A stretch of 62,154 bases of DNA, filler included, from Hausera hauseri (lineage: Eukaryota), in the NCBI GenBank assembly GCA_046269625.1. It is 10 parts of 10 records of this genome, joined end to end, with 100 filler letters (N's around TTAATTAATTAA, not from the genome) between each part and the next. Parts side by side here need not be neighbours in the genome. Positions count along the whole stretch, not along the records: positions 47,976 to 54,327 come from JBJURY010108987.1; positions 54,428 to 62,154 come from JBJURY010906201.1; 8 more parts are not named here. The stretch is one strand, 5' to 3'. Positions 52,299 through 62,154 of this stretch are shown here, in pieces. Position 1 is the stretch's first letter; every line of letters starts with the position of its first letter. The position numbers were made by a program, and so were the translations under genes. The notes under the pieces are model-generated. The model was not told where the DNA came from. It saw nothing but the letters and a program-made list of their open reading frames with translations, and did no database searches.

Positions 52299-52440
52299 AT
52301 TTGTGGTTAATGTGATAATGAAAGATGGTAAGTTATAAATTCCATAAAAAACAGGAAGGCTGATAATTAAAGTTTTCATTAAACTACAGATCCTTTTAAC
52401 AATTGAAATCAATTATCTTTAATCAATGTTTTTTTACTAT

Positions 52441-52500
52441 ACAATATTTATATACATAATATTTATATACACAATATTTATATACAATATTTATTTATAT
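52441..52500 (+). repeat. Short AT-rich tandem repeat (ACAATATTTATAT)
   Basis: About four imperfect units. Confidence 0.7.
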
Positions 52501-53009
52501 AATAATACTCTTCTGCCTGCTAGAAGGGAATATTGTAGAAGTGTGAGATGACGTCAATATCTTTACAAAAGTTATTTTCAAGGACATTTGGTAAATTTGT
52601 AAATTGAGGAAACACACTGAATTGTCGAGATTGTCATCCAGGAATAATGGATAGTAGAATATTTTTGTTGATGTAGGTCTATAAATCTAAGACGAATGGA
52701 TACAAGAACTGATGACTTCCCATAACATTTTGTCTGTCATTACATGAAAATATCTGGAAACTGGCCTTTCAGTGCTTTTATCACAACTTACATGACTGTA
52801 TTACATTCATCATATTGACTTTTTAACATCATACTATTTATCGTAAATTTCAGAAGCCGTAAATCCAACAGTTCCTAGCATCGTATCCAAAATCGTCAAG
52901 CTGAACATTGAGATATTGATCCGTTGTTTGCTTTCTAAAATGAGAGTGTTACATGTTGGCGAGATTGCTATTTCCGCTTGAAGTTGAATTTTTACCTCTG
53001 AGGGAAAGA

Positions 53010-54327
53010 GCTGTTACCGAGACCGCGGCACCACATAACCCCCGTGGCAGGATGAAGATTACGAAGAGGAAAATAAATGGGGATTATATTAGGAAGAGAA
53101 GAACTTGTACCTATTCGGTTTTGGTACGTGTTAGACGTTGGATTCCATCTATGAACTTCTCCCTGCTATAAGTATAAAATATCACTTGGCGTGACCTGTT
53201 AGATGTTACTGGTGCTTGTGGAGTTGTTTGAGGGAGGGATATTGTGGATTTTTTGGTGCTGGAGGATGCTTCATGAAGAGGTGAAAGTGGAAAAGAAGCT
53301 GAAAAAGGAGAAGGATCACGCGAAGAATTGGGGATAGCAGTGAATCATGTGATGAAGATGAAATGAGTAGTGGATGTGCAGGCGATGAAGGAGAGACAGA
53401 TGGTGGGGGAGCAGTAGATGATGACGGAAGTGAAGAAAGCTGATTGTAAAGCGAGAGTGAATGCTTCGAAGGATTAAAATCATCAAAGAAATTATGTGAT
53501 GGCTCTGTTTCAAAAGGAGAAGTGCAAGGGAAGTGGTCGAGTGGTTGTTTGAGGTGTTTATGAACCTTGTATTGTTGACATGCTACGCATCCCTTGACCC
53601 AGATCTGTACATTGGTACGCATAGTTGGCCATACAGCGTGGCGTTGCAGTAGACGAAATGTGGCTTTTGAACCCGGATGATAAAGAGAGTGAAAGTGAGT
53701 AAAAGCTGTCTTTGTAGCGATGGAGCAAGAATGATTTTCTTGTTGGTCGAGTTGGAAGTGTCATAAGCGATGCCTTCGGTGATTTCAACAGATTTAAAAG
53801 CTTGGAGAATATCAGATGATGGCTGATTGCTTCTCAAGACCTCAGAGGAGAAAATTGGCTGAAATATAGTTGAGTTAACCGATCGCGAAAGAAAGTCCGC
53901 TACTAAATTTTCGGTTCCTGAAATATATTTCATGGAAAAACTAAACGTCGACAGGTATGATATCTGTCGTTCTTGTCTGGGTGAGGACTGTTTCAAAGTC
54001 GTTATGTGAAGTAGAGGCTTGTGGTCGGTTTGGATGGTAAATTGGTGTGAAAGAAGCAAGTGCTTGAAATGCTTTACCGCTAGAACTACAGCCAAGAGTT
54101 CACGATCGAATGTTCAGTATCGGCTTTCTGGTTGCGTGAGCTTTAGGGAATAGAATGCTAATGGTTCGTTGACGCCATTGTATATCTGGTGTAATAACGC
54201 ACCAGTTGCTGTGGTTGAGGCATCGGTAGTTAATATTAGTTCAGCGTTTGGCTTTGGAACGGCGAATATTTCAACAGATTTCAGACCTTCACGAAGGCGA
54301 TCAAATTGGTTTACTAGATCGTGAGTC
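53010..54327 (-). mobile_element. Gypsy 3' part (RNase H, integrase zinc finger, integrase core deleted); PPT near 53039-53043, LTR start 53035
   Basis: TDASTTATGALL, FDRELLAVVLAVKHF, TDHKPL, ENLVADFLSR, CVACQQYK. GGGGG-TTA-TGTGGTGCC matches the contig-5 element junction. Confidence 0.88.
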
Positions 54328-55249
54328 NNNNNNNNNNNNNNNNNNNNNNNNNNNNNNNNNNNNNNNNNNNNTTAATTAATTAANNNNNNNNNNNNNNNNN
54401 NNNNNNNNNNNNNNNNNNNNNNNNNNNGAAAAAGTGCACGAACCACAGGCCAACACCCTCTGGCTGGGGAAAATCCAGTGGGTGTTATTCCCACTTCTCT
54501 CTAGCTACAAAGTTTCTGAGAATAGCTTAATGTTTAACCTGAATACGTTGTTCACTGGTTTAAAAATGTTCCTTTCTTTGATCACGCAGATTTATATATT
54601 CCATCCATTGTCGTTAGTTTTAAAGAACCACACGGAGTAGTAAAAGTGAACGTAAGTCACTAACAGCTCTACACAGATTTGATGTGTTTACGCTGCGATG
54701 CTACAATGCTTGAAATTTTATATACCACTCTTTACTAATTTTGCAAATAGTCAAAAAATAATGTTTTATGCATTAAGACCAAAAATCGGATATTCATTTG
54801 TTCTAATTACATATCTTGACCTCGTTGCCATGGATCTGAACTATTATTACATTGTTTTATTTTGGCTTCAAAATAATAGTAAAACTGTACTTCGGCTCCA
54901 GGGCAACAAGGTCAAGTTATATTATTTAAACAAACCAACGTCCTATTTTTGCTGATCACTCTTTATTGAGCGATGAATTACTCCAAGAATTCAGTTTATC
55001 AGAATTTTCCGTTTAACAAGCAATACTGGAAATTTTTACATTTTCTAAGTATTTGCTTGAATTTCTTTGATTTCGGATTTTCACGGTAAAATTTCTTCAA
55101 ATACATAAGTAGTAGGATTTTTGTTTTTCTTTTATAAAATTCGATTTTGAACTGGCGCGTTTGTGTGAATTTCATAATGATAGTGCGCATATTTGAATAC
55201 ATTGTGTATTAAAAATTTGTATTATACACAATATCACATTCGCTATTTA

Positions 55250-57750
55250 TTTTTGTTTGAATAAGCTGATCGGCGGGTAGATGAATAAATTTAAATACAC
55301 GTTTATTGCTATCACGGCAATTTGTCCGATTTGGTTTTTATTTACGATCAATTTTTTACGGGCTATCAAAAGCAGAAAAAATATTGCAGTTGTTTTTGAT
55401 CTACAGAGCATATGAAGTTTACAAGGCCACATTGATTGAGATAAAGAAGGACATAAGAAAATTAAAGCCATACCAAGTTGTGCAGATATCTGGTTTGCCG
55501 CAAGTGTCTACTGACTTTATTTTTACGGAAATATGGATTTTACAATGCCTGCTCGGTATGGATTTCGTGTCCGCAGTGGGCGGAATAGTGGTAGAAAATT
55601 TCGTTTAGCAGATGTAATAAACACGTATAAGTCTGGCTCTTGAAAAGCTACAGGCAAGCCATGGACAAGTTATGTATGACGCAGATTTCTCGACCAGCTT
55701 TGTGGATGGTAGCTTGGAAGTTCTATGGAAGTGGAAAGGTCACAAGGGACGTGAGCTCAAACATACGGTAAAGCAATATCCCATTCATCCTGATGTTGTC
55801 GAAGGAAGTAGAAGAATGGATTAGAAAAGGGTGGCTCTCTACTTATGATGAACCTTGCAAAAACTCGCTTTCTCTCTTGGCAGTTGTCCAAGAAAACAAA
55901 AATAAAGTGAGGACTAGCTGAACTATGGCTGGTTGAACTGTTTTATATCACCTCATACCTAGAAGGCTGTTGTATGTTCGAACTCGCTGCGTCTATGGAG
56001 GCAAATGGGAACCAATCTAAACTATTTGATTTGAAAAAGGCATGACGATAAATTTGCATAGACAAAATCATGTAGTCAAAGGTACCGTTTGACTCGGTTA
56101 GGATTTGGCCTAAATTTGGCTCCAAAGATTATGACTAGTTCTACATAAGACAAATGGATTCAGAAGGGTATTTCGGCCTACACTGATAGCATTGGTGTCA
56201 ACAGATATGTTATAGCCGAATGCACTTAAATGCATCACTCTAAGCTAAGGAACCAGTTGGACTTAATGAATCTCGTGTGTTGGGGCTTCGAGTAGAAAAC
56301 CTAGAAAACTATTTTATGTAGTCCAGGGATAATCAGCTTCCTCACATAAGTAAATCGATCAAATTGAAAAGGCAAACGTGTTCTCGGTACGCGGGAAGTT
56401 AGTTGGGCACCATCCAACCTACTCTTAGCTTCGACAATTTGGCAGTTATATCAAGGGAACACTGAATTGTATGTCCTATAAATCTAAAGTTCTAGATTCG
56501 ACGGTTTGAAGTATTCTCTCTTCTAAAGTAGAAAGACCTATCTAAAGACAGTTGGTTTGTACCGCCATCCTCTAAAGGAATTGTCTAGTGCGACGCTAGC
56601 TCATTGGCTATTGGTGTCTGTGTGAATACAGATGGAAATATTGTTGAAGATGCGTCATGGTTTCGCAAAGTAGACGATTCGGGTAATATAAATTTGACAG
56701 AGTTAGAAACGTTGGTCATAAGTCTAAATTTAGCTCTATAAAAGAACTTGAAAAGAGTTTCCATAAAACTGATACGGCCACAGTTCTCATGACCTGATTC
56801 CTTGATGGAAAAGTATTGAAGAATTAAGGTGCATGGAATGTCATAACTTCGGGTGAAGCGAAGGTTTTATTTGGTGTCATAAATAATCTCTTCATATAGC
56901 TTAAAGGTCAGGATATTGACTGTAACGAGTTCTGAAAATAAATCCGATGAATTTACTAGAGTACCTGAGGTGGCTAGCGAGCCCGTCAAGGTTAGTTTGA
57001 ATCAAAATGGAAAAGCTTTATTGAGTAATGTTCATGGGAAATCCCGCTGTGGAGTCAAAAGACCTCCTCCTGAAGCAAATAGAATACATCCCCAGTATGA
57101 ATTTACTGAGTTGGAACAACGATCGGTTATTGATACCTGTTCGCGTTGCTTGTCAATCATTCCAGGTGCAGTCCATTGGGAAAAGGTGACCTGGACGAGA
57201 AATAAACTTTTTCCAGCGTAGATATGGATGTAACGCACTACTAAACGACGCATTACCTTAGTTAAGTGGATTCTGACCTTAATAGATAAGTCGTTTTGTG
57301 GAGCATTGAACGTGCGAGTTAGGTCTGTGTACTGAAAGAGTTAAGGTGCCTCTTCTTGGAGTTTGGTTATCTGGATGAGATTATATTCGATAATTTGTCT
57401 ACGTTCCGTTCAGGAAGAATGAATCAATTACTAGATCGATGGAGTATAAGGGTCCACTTTTGTTTAGCTTATTAACCTGCTGGAAATTCAGTAGTTGAAA
57501 GGAGTCCCAGGACTATGAAACACATGCGGCAAGGTAGAGATGATCTACGTTGGAGGCGGTATATTAGTACACTGCGCTTGCGACAAGGGAGCTAAATCTC
57601 CAGGCAGTTGGAAACGGTAGAAACAATACTTTCTCAAAGGAAATTTTCACACGACGACAGTATCTTTGTTAAGACGTTAATGGCTCGATGTGTTGATGAG
57701 TAGTCCGAGGGTCGGTCACAGGGTCTACCGCGAGCTCAGCAACAATAGGT
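55250..57750 (+). mobile_element. Highly decayed Gypsy-like pol (RT, RNase H, integrase), a different family
   Basis: Fragments FDLKKA, TRLGFGLNLAPKIM, CDASSLAIGV, INLTELE, GNSVVERS with many stops. Confidence 0.75.
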
Positions 57751-57959
57751 TCTTTGCAGCGGAACGTCACTGAATGTTTTCGTATTCTGAAACAATTACC
57801 ATGGATCGTAAAGAAGGTTACAACTGTTCATAGATTTACTACTAATAATGTATAATATATGACTTCGCGTATAAAAAATTTTATTTACGTGTGTACCTAG
57901 TTAGTTAATATATTTTCACACAAGAAGAAATTCCAATAAAAATTTATTTTTGAATATAT

Positions 57960-58190
57960 TAAATTGAAACTTAAAAAACTTAGATACGGTTTACATTGTT
58001 TTTATAACAGGTTTCAAATTTCAAAATGGTCACCACTGACCTCCACACATTTCTTCAATTTCGGACTCCACTCGCTTATAGTGGTACGGACCTTTTCCAT
58101 TGAAATCCGATCCCAGGCTATGAGAATGGACCTCATCAGGGACTTCATACTTGTATGTTGTTTGCTACAGGCATCCTTCTCGAGCTACAC
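57960..58190 (-). mobile_element. 3' fragment of the same Tc1/mariner family in opposite orientation
   Basis: TCAAAATGGTCACCACTGACCTCCACACATTTCTTCAAT is the near reverse complement of about 59298-59337. Confidence 0.75.
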
Positions 58191-58233
58191 TCAGAATTGG
58201 TTCATATATTCATACAAATTCAAATAATAAAAG

Positions 58234-59400
58234 TACAGAGACGGTGCACGTTATATAGCATTGTTCATTGCATTCACAACTAACTGCATATGATATCACC
58301 TTATTGCTAACATTTACAGGTTTCAACATGTGATATCGCATTGGTCACCTAGTTTATAAAAACAAGCTGTTTAGATATTCAGTTTATTATAATTACCTTT
58401 ATACGTTGTTCAGATATTTTGAGAGAAAATGCTGACTATGAAAGAGAAAAGGAGTTTAGTTTTACATAATCATATGGGAGAATTTCAAGTTGTTGAAGAA
58501 ATACGACGTCAAATGGGATTTTTATCGGACCATTCGACGTTACAAGGGTACTGGAACCACTGCAGACCGACCCAGAAGTAGCAGAAAACCTTCGATTAGA
58601 ACACCGAAATCCAGGCCGATACTCCAAAACATTGGCTATCTAAATGAAGACATCATATACTACCATGAAGAGAGCCATTTCTCATGACTTTGGTTTGAAG
58701 GCTTACAAAAAATCCACTTGCCATTTTCTTACTCAGGCCCAGAAAAAATAGGAAAATAAAATGCCTCGAGTGGTTGAAGCGGTACTCGGAAAAAGACTTG
58801 GAAAGGATCCTGTTTACTGATAAGAAAAGTTTTACAGTGGAGCACATATTTAGTAAACAAAATGACAGAATTTATGCAGCATCATCCAATGAAGTGCCAA
58901 AGAGCCTCAAAAGAGTGATCGGGTGACACCATCCTCCTCAACTCATGGTGTGGACCGGAATCAGTGTCACGGGCAAGGCACCACATTACTTTGTGGAACA
59001 AGGAATCAAAGTCAAAGCGAAGAATTACATCGAATACATTTTGGAGCCAGTTATGAAGCCGCTGAACGATACTCTTTTCAAAAGAAAACATCGGTCCTTC
59101 ATGCAAGACTCGGCTCCTTCGCATAAAGCTAGGGTCACCCATGAGTGGTTGTGAACAAATGTCAGAGATTTCACTTCATCCAGTGAATGGCTCTAGGCTT
59201 CACCCAATTTGAATACATTTGGAGCTCGAGAGGGACGCCTGTAGCAAACAACATACAAGTTTGAAGTCCCCGAAGAGGTCCATTCTCAAAGTCCGAGATT
59301 GAAGAAGTGTGTGGAGGTCGGTGGTGACCATTTTGAAATGTGAAAACTATAATAAAAACAATGTAAAGTTTCAATTTAATATATTCAGAAATAAATTTTT
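58234..59400 (+). mobile_element. Tc1/mariner (maT/DD37D-like) transposon, decayed
   Basis: DRPRSSRKPSIRTP, ILFTDKKSF, NDRIY, MVWTGIS..FVEQGIKV..FMQDSAPSHKA. Confidence 0.85.
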
Positions 59401-59402
59401 CA

Positions 59403-61023
59403 TACCGTGTGGGCCCAATAAAACACGGACTTTTTTGATTTGACAAACATAAAAAAAGGATAAGATTTGTCAAAAGATTTTTGTTATATATATTTTTGTA
59501 GAACTCTTTTCGCTGTTCAGTTTGCTAAAAGAAATTTATATTTTCAATGAGTAACGATTACGTTATAATCCAGAAACAAACATTGTTTTTAATTGAGAAT
59601 TTGCGGCTAATTTACGCAAATAATGGAAATTGTATAAATTTTTATGACAGCCTACCTAAGTATCTACGTTGTTGTTTTATCTACGTAACGTACGGTACCC
59701 GTTATTTCAAGGTTTTGTTTCTAATTATTTGTATGAAAATGTGGGACTCTACAAATTTAGTGCCTGGTCAACGAATGGAAATGATCACAACAGGTATGCA
59801 AATTGAAAAATCAGGAAAAGTTTTCGATGTAGAATTATCAAAGAAGACAAGTTTCAATAAAAACTTGCAAGGTTTGATGGGATCGAAAAGATTTATTGTT
59901 GAAAACAGGAATGTTATGTCACCGTACAAAAGGCAGGTCAGGTCTTCCAAAATCACCACCACCAAAAAAGGGAAAAAAATCATAATTATTTTATCTGTGC
60001 TAAAATGCTGCAATTTACTCGAGCGTTGTTGAATAGACGAGGCCAGTTGAAATACTCATATCAGAACAATACATTTCTTGATCATAAAAAACGCATGCAT
60101 ATGGTCAAAATTGGTCACACAACGTCAGTGTCTAAGGAAAGGTTCAGCAATACCATTGAGACCTTTAATAGACTCACAGTCTAATCCATCTATTCATGGT
60201 ATGTTTGTAGCAAACCAAAATGGCTGAAATGTTTGTATGCATGAAAAAACTCAATTGCGTCTAAAACAAGTTGAAACATGGGTTGGTGAAAAAATGAACG
60301 AACAATCTTACTTGTGCGGTTTGAAAACCCGTCTTGTTCCAATTATTTTAATGTTTGATTGAGTGAATGTCAAACACGCATTACAAATTCAACTGAAAAT
60401 GGAAAAGAATTGTATGGAAGCGCTGTAGATCATCATCAGGTTGAATGTGGATACCCACCGTACTCTCCCGACTGTTCTATATTGAATTCATCAATGTTTG
60501 GAACTTTTCAATTTCAAATTGCTGATGAAATTGCAATCGCTATACACTTGGTGGATTTAGATGCTGTTTTGATTCACATGAGTAAAATTGTTCCAGAAAT
60601 ATGGACATCTGATAAATACAAAATTATCGGAAAAATCGCGTTGCTGGATATGCAAAACGATTGCAATGAATAATCGCCCATTATGATGGTATAATGCTTA
60701 ATGCGGGTAGCTTATTTGTTCATAACCTATCCCTGCATAAGTATGATGTGAATATGCAGAAAAATTGAAAAACACTTGAAGAGTGTACACGTTTGTTTGC
60801 GTCATTTCAAAGGACAAATGAAGCATTTTCTTTACTTTTACTCACTTTTTACTACAATGTTTTGTTTTTGGATTATAACTTAGTTGTTACTCATTGAAAA
60901 TAAAAATTTCTTTTAGCAAACTGATCAGTGAAAAGAGCTCTACAAAAATAGATAAAGGAAAAACTCTTTACAATTCTTATCGTTTGTTTGTGTCAAAATA
61001 AAATGTCCATGCTTTTTTGGGAC
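59403..61023 (+). mobile_element. Second Tc1/mariner-like element with long imperfect TIRs (about 59410-59540 and 60904-61023)
   Basis: TTTTTGTAGAACTCTTTTCGCTGTTCAGTTTGCTAAAAGAAATTT versus AAATTTCTTTTAGCAAACTGATCAGTGAAAAGAGCTCTACAAAAA. Internal YPPYSPD motif. Confidence 0.75.
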
Positions 61024-62154
61024 ATTTCTTCTTCGTTTGTCATTGTCGACTTTTCGAAAATAAGGCAGCCAGTACATTGTAGCAATTCTTCCAGTTAATA
61101 GTTAAATATTTCTTAAATCTATTAATGAATTATAGCTTCATATAACTAGAGTACAAAACATTCATTGAAGCATACATAAATATTACTTTTATAGCTGTTC
61201 GATATCAGAAATTTGTTTTACTTTAGTTTTGACCTTCGTATTCAGAAGCAGTTTGTACTTTACCGACGACACAACGATTATGAGGTGAACATTTTTTAAT
61301 GAACCAAAAATCAATAGAACTCTTGAAACAAAATTACGTTCCACGTCTTGGTGGATGATGTTGATGCAGTTCGACAAAATTGAGAAATCGGCAGTAATAC
61401 ATTTTCCCCGGACTTCCACATAAACAATTATAAATAAAAATTTGAGGTATGTGTTACTTATATTAATCAGTAGCATTTATGCCTTATTCTCATTTTTAAG
61501 AACATTTATTCTCAATACTGTGATATCTTTATCTTCGATCCAGTGGGCCTTAATTCGCAATTATAACAGTAGTACGTACAAACTGTTGTTGAAACGAAAT
61601 TATGAATAGTTGTAAATTGTTGGTTAGCACATGAAAGTGTTACAAATCGGCGGGGCTATCAATTAGAATAGTGGAGCAAAAATGTCGCATTTTTTGGTAT
61701 TTTTTATACTAGAAAATCGAATTTTTATTGTGGACTATCCAGTATTCTCAGATATTTGCTTTGATAAATTTATCTACAATTTCCTCGTTTAAATACATTA
61801 TTTAAATGAATTTCAATGGCACTTTAAATATTCTTCCGTAATATAGAGCACGAGTCTTACTACAATTCATTGTATCAACCTAACTCTACCTACTACCAGG
61901 ATGGCGACCATTGCAAGCTGTTCGATTCCTCCCGCTTCCTCGGAATTTTCCTGAGGATAATGAAGGCAATAGATAAACTTTTCCAGGCACTGGCACCAAC
62001 GGAAAGCGGGTTAGTCCCTTGTCGCTCCCGCAGATGCCGACCTGAGCCGTCACGATGGAGACTCATTCAGTCCAGTTCTGACAACTCGTACGAATCTGCG
62101 GACGAGCAAGGTGGAGACAACTCGATTCATGTTTCTCATTTTACCTGTCTTTTC

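Noticed and set aside
52286-52302. Trans-spliced leader as the source of the shared 15-mer
   Set aside because: It matches no spliced leader I know. It is complementary to a tRNA CCA end, follows an LTR-like CA, and heads an internal USP fragment rather than an mRNA 5' end. Not fully excluded.

Overview
This window is not one locus. It is ten eukaryotic contigs joined by an artificial 100-nt linker (N44-TTAATTAATTAA-N44): 1-9390, 9491-13830, 13931-18328, 18429-23836, 23937-32685, 32786-38892, 38993-43239, 43340-47875, 47976-54327 and 54428-62154. Almost all of it is mobile or repeat DNA: a looped 9.3-kb contig with a multi-zinc-finger ORF and Tc1 remnants; two decayed Polinton/adintovirus-type protein-primed PolB genes; a Helitron Rep fragment; a 67-68-bp hairpin satellite; several Ty3/Gypsy remnants; a fish-type endogenous retrovirus (gag-pro-2H-pol); and Tc1/mariner remnants. 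The most striking signal is one 15-mer, AAATTGGTGTCAGAA on the minus strand, which contains a tRNA-Leu-type primer-binding site. It occurs on three separate contigs, each time heading a stretch of intronless, decaying host-gene sequence: near full-length Aquarius, a USP31-PLK1-CBP/p300 mosaic, and a VWA3-containing mosaic. This suggests LTR retroelements that capture and shuffle host mRNAs. The retrovirus also shows two in-frame UGA-CUA stops in series. Protein identifications rest on motifs and recalled homologues, not on database searches.
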